DNA from: Azolla caroliniana
Taxonomy: Eukaryota; Plantae; Polypodiophyta
DNA length: 64,000 bases
Direction of reading: 5' to 3'
Assembly (NCBI GenBank): GCA_043228905.1
Contig: JBHGNT010000010.1
Span: 20,212,001-20,276,000, forward strand
Shown piece after piece: positions 1 to 14,200 of the stretch. Position 1 is the first letter of the stretch, and each line of letters starts with the position of its first letter. A model generated the notes under the pieces. The model saw nothing but the letters and a program-made list of their open reading frames with translations, ran no database searches and was not told the DNA's origin. A program made the position numbers and the translations under genes.

Positions 1-1090
1 TGTTTTTTGGTAGGAAACCCAACATATACTCCCTGAGTGTGCATCTTCATAGATGCGGAGTTTTGTCTTTGTGTTGATATCGTAGGCGAAGGAGCTCATA
101 CCATTGTATACCATATTGATAGCAAGTGGGGCAATGGTGGTTGTCAAGCACTCCCAAGCTGCTAGCTTCACAAACTCTCACTTGCCTCTCTCGAAAGCTT
201 ATTATGGCTCACTGATGCCATAGTAAGCTCAAGCACTAAACACTTACACGAGTAGAGTGATTACACACAATAGAAAACTAACCCCGCTTCTAATAATCGG
301 AGCACATGCAAATAGGAGAGAAGTGATCAGGGTTTGGCTAAACAGAGTTGAACATTGATCACTTGCTTTCACATAAATTGGTCTTGCATATGAGTGTGGT
401 GAGCTTGGGAAGTTCTCTACATCCCCCGCCCCCTTTGAGCGAACATGAAGAAGGGCCGGGGTTTTGGCCACAACTTGTATAGGGAGGGTGGAGCTACACA
501 TGATGGACCATCAGTTGGTAGGATTGAACGGAAGGTGGTTTACGGATGGCCAGAGAACAGACCAATTGGTAGTGAACGAAGCCATTAATTAGGGTCTAAA
601 ACACGAGGCCGCCACCACCCCAGCTAGGGTGATCCTAGAGACCAAATGTCAGTCAGTAAGGTCAGGGGATGACAATCGCTCCAGTTTGCTCCCGAATACC
701 ATGAAGTGGGTTTTCTGAAGAAGATTTTATCGGTTTTCTTTTTTCCTTGGAACTTCTCATTTCGGTTCGAACGGAACTTCTCTGGGCGGGTAAAAAAGGA
801 AGAAGAAAACCCTAATTTCACCCCACCACATATTTTTATTCCCTTCCCCGGACATTCATTCATTCCCACCAGAGAAATATGCTCCTATCTATCTATCTAT
901 CTTTCTTTCTTCATCATCGTCTTCTTTTTCTCTCTTTTCTTTCTTTTCTGATAATTCTCAGGATTTATTATCACTCTTCCATACATACATACATACATAT
1001 ATATATATATCTACAGATTCTTTCCATACACTCTTCTCTCTCTTCTTCCTTCGCCAAAACCCTAAATTTCTGTCCTCTCCGCTCATCGCT

Positions 1091-1125
1091 ATGGACGCCA
1101 CGATCTCCTGTGCTTCATCCCCTCA

Positions 1126-1169
<44 letters not shown>

Positions 1170-4100
1170 GACTCTCTTTCTGAATTCCGTCTTCTCAATT
1201 CTCACTCATGAGAGAGAGAGAGAGATAGAGAGGCTCTTCTTCCTTTTTCTGAATGAGAATTAGAATTGAAAATTCAGATTCGGATACAAGAGCAAGAGAG
1301 AGAGAGAGAGAGAGAGAGAGAGGTGGTTCTTCTTATTTCATTTGTTCTAAATTTAGAATGTGCAGGGTCACCATGGAATTGCAAGAGTGTTTTCTTCTTC
1401 CTCTTCATTCTCATCCACGCCAATGCCTATGTGGAAGCCCCGGGATCCTGTCCAGATTCACGGGAGGAGGCGAAATTCGGGCGTCGTGGCTGTCGCTTCT
1501 CCCCCTAGTACTCAGGAGCGGTCCCCGGCAACGACTGGCACGGTAAGCCTCCGAGTTGCTTGCCTCTGCTTTTGATTTTTCTACCATTTGTACACTTTGT
1601 TGCTCTCAAGCCAACCTCTTCATAACAATGTTTGTTGTTTCCCTTGTACACTATATATAAAGACATTGAACATCGTTATTCACCATTAACTAATTCACAA
1701 GCTTCCAGGTCAAGGATATCGTTTTGTCTCCTTACCAACCGAATGATAAATGTCGTTTTCCTTGAAAATGAATGTTTTTTTATGTAGAATAAATGGCAAA
1801 ATAAATGTTCCGGATGCTGAAAAAATGGATGTTTCATTAAACATGAATTATTGCATTTATTGTTTAATGTCACATGCCTGTTATTTCTTGCGAGAGATTA
1901 GCTATGTGATTATCCTTAACTTTAAGGTTATTGGATGTGTTTGGAGGTTTAGCATGCAAACCAACTATTCTAACATGTTTGCAGGGTCCATCAATAATGT
2001 CAGTTTTTGGCATGTTAGCATGTTATGTTATGTTTCTTCTTGTCATAATGTTCTAATTCTATTTGAATTAATAAAGAAATACTTACAGAGTTGCCAAGCT
2101 TTGGCACCGATCAGTATACTGTGCTGAATCTTCTTAACTCTCACTCTCATCTCAAGCATAATTCAATGATGGTTAATAAGGAGAAAGTGGATTATGGATA
2201 TACATGTTTCACTACGCTCTAAGTTTGTTTTGCTACTTTCATTTATCTGTAAAAGTATACATCTTCAATGGATTCATGTGCTTGTGATATGTGCGGTTCT
2301 TCATGTACAGCATGGGCTAAAATATCTCGGTAAACTCCTATTGTTTCTTGGAAGGAATATTGACAGGCTTTACTTGTCTGTCTGTTATTGTATTAAACAT
2401 ATGACCTTTTACAAATTGTCTATCCATTTTCTCATATGAAAGATTTTTGTTTACCTATAAATGACATTATCGAATACCTTAATGGAGTATAATTTTTTGT
2501 TTCAAAAATAAAGTTGGAATGATCATGCAATAAATATTTTGATTTAAAGATATCAAATTGAGTAACGGTTTAATTTCCGGATTGGACAATGTGCAAGTGT
2601 ATTTTCTCTTCTGAAGGACCACATGTAGCAAATAGGAGAGCTTACAAGTAAACTGCGAAGAATACATCATTACACATTTTTATTTCTGACTTTTTTAAAT
2701 GGAATTGTAGGTGAAGAAAACAATGACAATGACAGAGAAAATACTTGCTCGGGCTAGTAAGAAGGGAAGCTTGACACCAGGTGAAAATACATGGGTCACT
2801 ACAGACATTTTAATGACACATGATGTCTGTGGGCCAGGAACCATTGGGATCTTTAAAAACGAGTTTGGATCTGACGCCAAAGTAAGTGGGTTTACCTTAT
2901 AGAAAATTGTTGAAATATGCCTATACTGTAACAGAACCTGAAAAAGTATGCATCATTATTCTCAAAAAGATCTATATATGCTTGTTCCAAGTTCAGCGCC
3001 TATTAAGCTCATATTTATGCATTTAAAAATTGTATGCAAGATTTTGAAGATTAGTTTAACAATACTCGGATATGAATTTGGCTAACGATAAGATTTAATT
3101 AAAATTTGACTTGCTTTCTCTTTAGTTTCTTTTTTCTAATTTGCTAATTTCAATCTAATTTTGTAATTATGAGCCCCACTGGTGACCAAGCATATATACA
3201 TAAATGTTGAAATTAAAGAAAATTAATTTTTAAAAATCTGATTTTAGTTATTAGAGTTTTCCCTTTCGTTTATAACTTGGGACAGACCATTTATGAAGAT
3301 TACATTCCTTGTTGTTTTATATCTGGATCAGGTTTGGGATGCTGAGAAGATTGTCATTATTCCAGATCATTACATTTTCACAGCAGATGAGCGGGCAAAT
3401 AGAAATGTAGACATACTGAGAGATTTTGCACATGAGCAAAACATTAAGTACTTTTATGATATAAAAGACCTAAGCAACTTCAAGGTGTGTATTTTCTACC
3501 AAGGGTAGAGGTTAGCATCGTGTTCATTTCATAATGTGTACGTGATCACAGTTCTTCTCAATGAACAGGTAAATCCAGATTATAAGGGGGTTTGTCATGT
3601 TGCGTTGGCACAAGAAGGCCACTGCAGGCCAGGCGAGGTTTATAAGCATCCCTGCATCTGCTATTATTTGCAATGGTTTCTTCTGTCAGAATTAATTCTG
3701 AGAGCAATATTTATGTTAGGTTCTTTTTGGTACTGATTCTCATACTTGTACTGCTGGAGCGTTTGGACAATTCGCCACTGGTATTGGTAATACAGATGCA
3801 GGGTTTATAATGGGAACAGGAAAACTGCTTGTGAAGGTATATAAGAACTCGCTGTTTTTTTCACTTGTTTGTACTCAGATTTTCCTTAATATTTTGGAAT
3901 TTCTTTTAGGGTACATTGTCAAAATGTTACAGACATCTGTACTCTCTCAAAGGTCACACGTTTGTATTATTATTCCAAAAATGCCAAAGTTGAACACTTC
4001 AACTATAAGTAATATGCTACTGAATAATGGAGATCTTGGCACTATGCAAGTAATGTGAATCAAGATCTGGTCATCAATTATGGTTTTGCATAAAGTAATG

Positions 4101-7100
4101 TGCTGCTAATTAATCTACCTTTAGTAAGTAACTTGGTTTAATTTGAGTAAGTGCCTTCCTTAAGAGATATGCTTAATAATTGTCGATTAATTAGTGATCC
4201 ATTGCTTAATCATTTGATTAAGCAAAAGGTGTGGTGTTAGGCAAATATGAAAGAATGTTTGACATCTTGACAAGCACATAAAGAGACTGGTGTTTTGGAA
4301 TTTTCCCGTTATATTATTTCTGTGGGAAGGAAGAACAAATGGGCAGATCTGTAGACCTTTGAATAGTTGAGAGGGATGGTGGATAGAAGGTTTCCTGAAA
4401 GTGCTGGAATTTGAGGCCCTTAAGCTATATTCTAGTCTTTGGAAAGAGTTAACTTGAGAGTTTTTGGGAAGTTTTAAGTATCTTACCTTTTTCTTTGTCG
4501 TTACCTTTGAGAAGACAACATTAACAACTGCTATCTTTGATAAGGTTTCACTCATTTTGGTCTTTTAGAGATGCATCACACAACTGTCGATAAGTCTCAT
4601 TCAGTGTCTACTATCATGGTGGAGTTTTTATTTACTTAGTAGGTCATGTTGTATGTTATGGTACATCTTACAAATATTGTTGAGATATCATATGGTATCA
4701 CAATAGTAACAGTTTCGGGTCTCATTGGCTGTATTGGTTTCTTTATAATCATCAATATAATATTTCTTTTTCTATATCATATCACGCAGACACCTTACCA
4801 GATGAACACACTGAGACTTCTTATTGTTGAGTTTGAGGATTAAGCTAAAGGACTGCTAATTTTCCAGGTTCCTCCAACACTGAAATTTATTTTGGATGGA
4901 GAGATGCCTAAGTATTTGCAGGCAAAGGATTTAATTTTGCAGGTTTGCCACAATTTTTGCATTGGCATGCTCTCTTTCCTTAACATGCTGATTACTTCTG
5001 TTAGTCCAAGCGTGAAAGATAACAATATATTGTACTCGTTGTTGTGTCTTAGTATTTCTTCCTCTTTCTCTTTTATGAAAATTGCAGATAATTGGTGAAA
5101 TATCAGTTTCAGGTGCTACATACAAGGCAATGGAGTTCTCTGGGTCTGTTGTAGACAATATGACGGTAAGCTTGTATAGTTCATCCATCCCCATTTATGA
5201 GCGTCAAAGTTGTGTGCATTGGTTAAGTTCATTCACTTAAAGATAAATAGGTGCATAGAGTTGTTTTATAGTGTTTTTCTTCAAGATTTTGTTAGTACTG
5301 TTGATTCAGAGATTTTCTGGCTATACAATTCAGATGGAAGATCGAATGACCCTTTGTAACATGGTTGTTGAAGCGGGTGGGAAGAATGGTGTAATTGCTG
5401 CTGATCAAGTTACTTTTAACTATCTTGAGGTCTGTATTATAAAAGGACTTCCAGGAAACATGCACATGACTGAGGTCTACATTAAACATCAAATTCCTAA
5501 AACATTGAGGCAATCATTATAAAATACATTACTGAAACACACCCAAAACTTGAGGTTTATTATCTTTAGAGTTAGGTGTTGAGACAATTTTGTTGCATTT
5601 TCTGTACTACTAATACACAGCTCTGTTTTCTTGTCTGAAACTTACTGAAACATCACATTATTTGTTGATCTTGTCTGAATACATGTGACATTCAGGGAAA
5701 GAATTCCCAACCATTTGAGCCTGTGTATAGTGATGCTGCTGCAAGGTAATTATATGGCTAAACATCTTCCATGGGATCATTAACTGAAAAGTTAGTATTT
5801 CACTGAAGTATCTTAATCTGATATGTAAATCCAGCTTTATCGAAGAGTACAAATTCAATGTTTCCAAGCTAGAGCCTGTTGTTGCTAAGGTATACTTGCT
5901 TGTGGGTGATATTGTTTGTGGGAGAAACACTATTTAAGCTCATTGTGTAGTAAATTTTGTTCTATGTTGCTGACAGCCTCATTCTCCAGATAACCGAGCT
6001 CTAGCAAGAGAGTGCAAAGATACAAAGATTGACAGAGTATATATTGGTTCATGCACAGGTGGAAAGACTGAAGACTTCCTGGCAGCAGCCAAGTTATTGC
6101 ATGCCGCTGTATGTATTTATAACATTACCATTATTGATCATTTCCTTGGTTCTTCTGTACTTGTGTAATATGTGTATTGACCCATCATACTTTGATCACA
6201 GGGCCAGTCAGTGAAGGTGCCAACATTTTTGGTCCCTGCTACCCAGAAGGTGTGTGTGTGTCAATAATGCTTCTTTGTCAGTATATTTATCCTTGAAAAG
6301 ATGATAATTATAGAGACACTAGCAACAATCCCTGATAATTCGTGACCTAGAAATAGAAGCAGAGGAAAAGGTAATCTTAATGAAACGAATCAATGCTTGT
6401 TGTGGAAATTATATGTACACATAATTGTTACTCACATGAACCTCTCTGCCCCAGAAGATGTGTCGAGAATACTTCTTTGTCAGTACATATCTTCTATATA
6501 TATATATGTATATATATGTCCTTCAAAAGATGATAATTCTAGAGACACTGGCAGCAATCTCTTATAATTCATGAACTAGGAATAGCAACAGGGGTAAGGT
6601 ATCTTGAATGTAATGAATCAATGGCAATTATGGAAATAGTGTGTACACAGTGCTAACTACATGAAAACTTCTGCTCTCTCAGCATAGCTCGGGAACTCTT
6701 GGCTGTGGATTCTAGGATTCTAAATTGTGGTCTGTAAGCAAGCACCTTGGCGGACAACTGTCATGCGCCATAAAACTTTGATCTCTAAGAGAGACGAAGA
6801 TTAGTTCAGATTATATTTTTTCTATAAAAATATGGACTATTTCTTGATTTGCGTGTGCCATTCTAAAAATAGAAAAAGCGAAAGCTGAAATGGAAAATCA
6901 AGCTAAAATCTTAATTTCCAGTTTGGATCTTCCGTGGGTTTAGTTGTGGTCAAGGAGACGAGCAAAGAGCATTCTTAGTGTTGTGCATGATGTCCTCATT
7001 AGGAGTTTTTGCAAGCTAGTACAGTCTTTTGTGAATTTTCTGGAAATCAGTGTGATGGCATTCCTCAGTCTCTCTGGCATTATCCAGCTATCCGTAGTAA

Positions 7101-9027
7101 TTTTCCCAAATATTGAGTATAATTTTGTTGCAATAGTACTCAAAACTTAGAGCTGTGTTGGGCTGTTCTCAATTTCATGTCTGGGGCTTCTGATTTAGCT
7201 GATCAAAACATGGATTCGTGTCCCCTTGCTTTTCCTCCATGCACTATCCAATTATTCTTAACCATTTGATCTTGCAAAGCATTTCCGGATGTCTTGGACC
7301 CAGCTGGATAAAAGGAATTTGCTTTTACGAATTTTCCCATGCAGCATTTGGGAGGCAATTTCAGAGCATTAACTTTCAATATGTATGTACCTGTAAACTC
7401 TTTGAAGGGCATACAACTCTATTTTCCTTCTTCTAGTTTCTAGAAGCATTACAGAGTACAGGAGTGTCCTCTAAAACCATATATGATGGTATAGAAATTC
7501 CTAATGTATTTTCTGTATCCCTTGCAAAAATACTACCTCTCCAAGCCTTACTATTTGATCGATGCACCTCTCATGCATTAAACACTATTGATGTAGAGGT
7601 TGCACCACACATGCATAAAATACTATAGCTGTAATATCGTATCTTTAAGTCGTGGTCAAGTGGCACATGTTCTTAAATTCATAGTATTTCCACGTGTGGT
7701 GGCTAGGTGTGTTAACTCCATGGTATTTGAAACAATGAGGTGACAGTGCTAAAGAAGGCTGTGATGGTTATTTGCTGATGAGGTTTTGTGGCTGTATTGT
7801 TCTTCAATAACGTTTTCCTATTTCTCTTGATTTCTAGTGAGAACAATCCCAATCATCCTTGGTCTTTGTATTCCATTACCAAGAAAAGTGGGCCAAAGCC
7901 TTGTTTGAAGAGGCAGTGAGTGTTATTTTCATAAAAAATAGCCTCTCATTTCATAAAAACAGGACAATTGCAAACATAGTGCTCCTTTGCTTCCACATCA
8001 CAATGGCACAATTGGCAGATCATCCTGCGAGGAATGTAAAAGGAGGGAGTCCTAGAGGGGTTGTCTTCCTATGAAGCAATATTGTGGGGATGGTGTGCAT
8101 TTTTTCCTTATTTAATCTAATGGTATCAATTTGAATTAGTATATTCTTTTCCACCACAGTCATGTCCAAGTGTGAATAAAGAAAAAGGTTTTTTATTTAC
8201 TAAATTAATTTGGATGTACCTTCTAGAGAAAAATGATTGTCTTCAAGTATATGGTTGTGGAAAACGAGGCTTCCTGCTATGGGGAAAAGGGGAATTGACA
8301 GTCTCCAGTCATTGAAAACAATGTGATCTGTTTTTTGGAACAAAGTTGGAAAGAAAGTTTGTGTTGGCTCTTTTTTCTGTTTCCACAAGATGGATATGAT
8401 GTAGGAGTGCAATCCAAAATATCGCATATGTTTCACAGAGTGTATGCATATTATACCTACACATGTGGGCACGCACGCACAAGATTGCCGTATATATACA
8501 CAGTTTCTCTTGCCAGGTCTGGATGGATGTGTACACGATGCCAGTACCAGGAGCTGATGGCAAGACATGTGCTGAGGTTTTTGAAGCAGCTGGTTGTGAG
8601 ACCCCGGCCAGTCCATCATGTGCAGCTTGTTTAGGTGGCCCAAGAGATACTTATGCACGCATGAATGAACCTCAGGTGAATATTCAAAGTTTATTTTCAT
8701 TAGCTAAATATTTAGCATTTGAAGGATGAAATTTCTATTTTTGGTCATAGGATTTCATAATGGGGTTTGAACAACAATTTTGTCTACAAAGAATAGAATT
8801 GACGTTCAATATACTTTTTTGTTAAATGTGTAGCATGTACAACTGATATGAATCTAGTTCTTAGGGTGTTAATGTGTTTTGTATTACAGGTTTGTGTGTC
8901 TACAACGAATAGGAACTTCCCAGGAAGAATGGGTCATAAAGAGTCTCAAGTTTATCTTGCATCTCCTTATACTGCTGCAGCATCAGCCTTGAAGGGCTAT
9001 GTGACTGATCCTCGGGAGTTCTTGTGA
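1091..9027 (+). CDS. IIL1: Plastid 3-isopropylmalate dehydratase/isomerase large subunit (LeuC/IIL1, aconitase family), 15 exons, ~517 aa
   Basis: Hand-spliced exons: 1091-1126 (tentative, GC donor), 1366-1542, 2711-2881, 3332-3484, 3569-3637, 3720-3836, 4868-4942, 5088-5165, 5334-5429, 5696-5745, 5835-5889, 5977-6108, 6202-6249, 8517-8675, 8890-9027. Sum is 1554 nt, in frame. Motifs: [57 protein letters not shown] and PSCAACLGG (4Fe-4S Cys), [24 protein letters not shown]. The Ser-rich N-terminus resembles a transit peptide. Confidence 0.96.
1130..1322. repeat. (CT)n tract followed by two (AG)n tracts in putative intron 1
   Basis: (CT)n at about 1130-1167 and (AG)n at about 1210-1231 and 1295-1322, read directly. 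Confidence 0.95.
6242..6675. repeat. Diverged ~210-225 bp tandem duplication starting at the exon 13/intron 13 junction of IIL1
   Basis: cccagaaggtgtg..cttctttgtcagta..aaaagatgataattatagagacactagcaacaatc (from 6242) recurs as cccagaagatgtg..cttctttgtcagta..aaaagatgataattctagagacactggcagcaatc (from ~6450). Confidence 0.85.
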
Positions 9028-11242
9028 TTTTCCTACACATGGCTTTATAGCTTACATTCCAACTTGACTTAATATGGTTTGTAACTCCGTGCGATCTGTT
9101 TATGTTGAGGTTCATGAATTCTATTATATTTACTTTTTTGTTCAATTATATGTGATCAACTCAGGCTTCCGTTTCTCAAGGGTTTCTAAATAAGTTCTTA
9201 CCCAAGTGATCGTGCTAAGCTGTACTAAATTCTATAAATCATTGAATCTCCATGTACCACCACAAGTAGTCAATACGGTGAAGATAAGTGGCAGGAGGCA
9301 ATAAACAAGTGCATAATTCACTTTTTATTGTGTTGTCGTGGCTATTTCTTTTTAAAAAGGTTACATTTTGAATCCTTGATTTTGTAATCAATGAAAATGG
9401 TGAGTTCCATCCTATTTTCTGTGGGGTTTGAAATTCCACTCTTCTTTTTAACATTGATATCTGCATGGGGATCCATACCTTTGTGGCGAGGCAAGTTCTT
9501 CATTGTAGTTTATCGAACCTAGTGTTACTTACACTGTCCTTTTGAGAAAGACATGGATCATGGTAAATCATCACCTTTCACCGTCTTTTCCACAGTGAAC
9601 ATATTCTCACCAACTATAGTTGGGCCCTAGTTTGAGTCCATTGATCATGGTGAGTGAATTTTCTGACCTCTCATTTGTAAGTTGAATTGCTATCTCCTAA
9701 TTCTCTCAGCTAATTATCAAACTACTAAACAAGAAGTAATATGTATGTCATTGCTATGCATTTGGGTAATCTTTGATTATCATGAATCTTGAATGTGTTG
9801 AGATATGGGAACTTCCATAGTTTCGTAAGGGCATCTCAAATGTTGATGCATGCTCTTTCATTCTTCTTTTTGGCTTTCCGTTTTTCTGCCCTTTTAGTGT
9901 TGTAGAAGGAAAATGTATAGGCTCCTTGGTTTCTACATGCCATTCAACAAGTGTTTGTTCCACAATGGTCATTGTTTGAAGGTGAAGGTGAAGGTGAAGG
10001 TGAAGCTATTGGTTTGTGATTGGGTCAGCTAAGTCTATTGTTCGTTGATAGACAAACAATGACATTAATGCAAAAAATACATTAGGGATTAATTAAGGAT
10101 ATTATAGGAATGCTTGGAAGTAATTTGAATAAAAAATTTGTGGCTAAAAAATTATGTTATTTGATCAATGCATGATTTGCTTGGCCATTTGGTTTTTCCC
10201 ATGCTTTGACCTATGTATTATGATGCAACTGATCTTAATTCCAACTTTTTGTCAAAAATTTGCACATAATGCCTTGATCACCCTAGCTATATGAAAACTC
10301 CAACTTCATAGATAAATGTATGCGAGAATTATATATATACAGATAGATAGATGTATGTATGTATGTATGTATGTATATTATATTGGCACAACTATCTTGG
10401 TTGGCATTACATGCATGATTTGTTTCTATCCTATTTGCTAAACAACTCTTTGATGTGGATTGTCATCACTACAATCCCCAAAAGCACCTGCTAGGATAGT
10501 ATGGATACATCATCAAAGCCAATAGGTAGCATATGGTAGACATCAAATTTCAACAAACGATAAGAGTGGAATGTCATAAAAGTTCGTGGTGAGCAAGTGA
10601 GACAAGTGCTAATTGTATTGTGTTGTAAGTGATACAACCATTGGCATAGTAGATTGTCAAGGTTTGGCTTCATATTACTTAGTTGATAATCCACTTGATT
10701 GTTTATCAACAACCAATCAATATTGTGCTTTTGAAGACATCCCACTGCTTGGTCCGAATTGTTGTTATACATTATGCTACAAAAGCTTAATATTAATGAC
10801 ATTGTAGATAAGTTGCCATTGATTCGTTATGATCTTTTCTCCCAGGAGAGCTCTGTGCATTTCACTGTTGTGGCCAGCAATTGATATGGATGTTGGGTTC
10901 AATTGAACTACATACCTCATGAAAGATATGGACGGGTTACCAAGAATGTGTTGAGACGGAGATATTCTACCATTCCCTACTTGTTGGCTTTGAAGAAGAA
11001 GAAGAAGAAGAAGAAGTGACACGAGCCGGACATCATAAAAGAAGGGTAGAGGAGCCCGGACATTGTAAAAGTTTTTTGATGGTCACAAAAAAGAGTGTTT
11101 TGTTTGGACCTCAAGTTTCCCATGGACTACACACAAACACACACCGCCCCCCCCCCCCCCCCCCCCCCATATCATATATGTACAGAGTCTTCTTCTTCTT
11201 CTTCTTCTTCTTCTTCTTCAGACAACTGTCTCTCAAGCTTCC

Positions 11243-14200
11243 ATGGCTTCTTCAGCAGTATCATCATCTTCATCACCAACTCACACACTGCACATTTCTT
11301 CTTCTTCTTCTTCCTCCTCCTCCTCTTCTCTGTTGTTGCTGTTGTTGCAGAATGGCGCCCCCGCCAAAACCTATTGTCGACCCTTCCCTTCTTCTTCTCT
11401 CGCCTTTCGCCCCCTCTTCCTTAAATCTCCCCAATCCCTCAGAAGACGAAGCAGGAGCAGCGCTGTGGTCATCTCTTACGCGAGCTCCAATGGAAGCTTC
11501 AATGATCTCGCCTCTCGCTTCGTAGAATCCTCGCGGAGAAGCATTGAATCTTCGTGGAATCGGACCGTCGAGTTCTTCGAAGCGCAGAACATTGAGGAGA
11601 AGATGAAACGGAGCTTCTCTGCTGCAAACCAGAAATTCGAAGAGATGACTTTCGATGCACGAAGAAGTGCGGAGGATTTGGACAGGAGGTTTCGGGCTTC
11701 AGAACGAGCAAAGGAAGTCGCGGATTTTGCTTCACAACAAATGAAGAATGTTGATCAGCAGTTTGGTTTGGTCCAGAAGTTCAGGAATGTCTCTGCCGAT
11801 TTCCAGCGCAACTGGCCCACGGTATGATGTACATACACATACAAATATGGTTACCACATTCCTGCTTTTGTTGATGAGCTTTCAAATGGTCCAAATTTTG
11901 TTACAAATAGAAGTGTTTTATCTTTATAATTTCTAATTTGTAGTTGCACTTTATCCTTTGTTGTTAACCTTAATGGTTTAATTTTGTTTTGCAATTGTGT
12001 AATTTTGCATGTTTCTATTGATGAAGCACCCATGGTATGTAAAGTATGAACCCTTTTCACACCATTGCTTGTGTTGCCAAAAATATATTCTTTATGGATA
12101 GAACATCCAAAAATATATTAAATTCACTATCTTGCACTTTGCTGCTTTTTTTTCATGAGCTATAAAATTGTCAAATTTAGGTCACAATTATATTCGAGTT
12201 CTGTTCTTTTACTTTATCATTTGTCTTTAAGACTTACAGTTTACTTCTTTTGATGATGAGCCATGTGATGATCATTTTTTTGGTTGCAGTAGTGCATTAG
12301 CTTTCACCATTCTTGAGTAGGTTGATGTGTTATATGAACAGTGGCTAAAAATTAGAAGATTTAAGATTCAACTGTTGGATAAAATGTATCTACGAACTCC
12401 TCATGTCAGATTTTCATAATTTAGAAATTTATGATATTTTTTGTTAGCCGTTTAGCACACTCAGGTGTGCATAACTGACACTGCAAGAAAGCTATTTTAT
12501 AAATTATTTCTCTTGTTATGAATGAATATAGTCTATTAGGTGTTTAGAAGTTTTAGGTTTTTATTCTTTGATGCATGTTTTTAACTTCTTTCAGCCCTCT
12601 CTCACCCTCCCCCTTTCTTAATTTATGAGTGAAAGCTAAAAAATAGTGGTCAAGTATGATTGTTTGTGAGCCTGAAAATTTGTAAAGCTCAATTTCATGT
12701 AATCAATGTATGATTGATGCTACATGACTTATAACTGTGTCATGTTTTGACAGTATCGAAGACAGTTGAATGAATTTCAACAGACATCAATTGGTCAAAC
12801 TCTTATTGTAAGTTTTGATTTTCCTTTTGAATTACGTCGGTTTTGATGACAATGGATATGCTTGTGTTGGTGAGAGTGAACAGTACTTTTTGATTGTCTC
12901 TAGAAGTCATCCATAGAAGCCTTTAAGGTTCTCTTTTGAGCTAAACTTCGATTGCGGTTTATTCAAGCCCAACATCCTGCGAATGAAAATTTCATATGTT
13001 ACCGTGGGTTATTCAAATTGACAAGTTGCATTAGCAGTTCTTGAAAGTCAGTAAAACCTTGTGGGAATTCCTGAAAATTATGCCTGATGTACTCTTGGTC
13101 ATAAGGCATTCCAAAGTTGCATGTTCTTCTGTTTCTGGTAGGTTGAGGTGGTGTAGCTCACATATTCTTGATTTCTGCTCAATATTTGCAATATGTGTAT
13201 GCATGTGTGCATCAATGCGACGACATGCCTCACTGGCATTTGCACGGAGAAGAGAAAATGAAACAAAATTGGAGCAGGGTGATTGCTCTTATCTGTTAAA
13301 TGTCATGGGGATAAAGAGTGGTTGGCTGCGTCTCATCATTTCCTTGTAGATGTCCCAACATGCCGGGATTACGAGAGTGGAGTAATACTGCAATTTTCTA
13401 TTCTTGGCATCCTTGTTCCATTTGACTCAGATGACATCTATATCATGCTTCAATTTCTGTCGTGAGGATGTCTTTGGTGTGTAGCTCAAGTAGTGTTGCC
13501 ACATGCTAGCTCACCTACTTGTGAAATGTCATGGGGTTGGAGAGTGATTGGATACGCCTCACATTTCCTTTGTGGGTCATAATCTTTTATCTTGTGGATA
13601 TGGCATATAGAAACTAAAGATTGTTGGACATAATTTTGCTGTTTGGTGAACCTTGTTTTTTACAAACTCTACCTCAATGCTCCTGACATGCTCAAGACAA
13701 ACTGAGGACATGTTTGTTTCTTTCTCATCCTGTTTTAACTCATGCATCTATGCTACTTACCATGAGATAGTTTTAGCTCAGTTTGAATGTGTTACTTATC
13801 ATGAGATAACAATGATATATTGGGCCATATTATTCATGCAATCATGTATATTTACATTTTCCCATATGATGGGATGTATTCAGCATATTTGAAACATTGG
13901 CCGGTTAAATGATAACGTTGCATTTGCATGTTCTTTGATGTTCTCCACTTGTTTCAAATTTGGGTTCGATTATATTTGAGAAAAATCTTTCTGCAACTAG
14001 GAATCATTGTTGCTCAGTAACAAGGAGGGGAACTTTGATACAGATGTTGGCAGAATCACATGTTTATGTATAAGAAACAGAAATAAGCACCAAATAGTTA
14101 TGAATTTCAAAAATATGTATGCTTGCATGGGTTTTTTGCTTCCTTAATGGATTGCACAATACAAGAGAAGGAGACGAGTTTCAGAGGCGTATTGATAATG

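Noticed and set aside
1-620. Possible retroelement or LTR fragment at the window start
   Set aside because: The composition is suggestive, but I found no recognisable protein motif, terminus or second copy.
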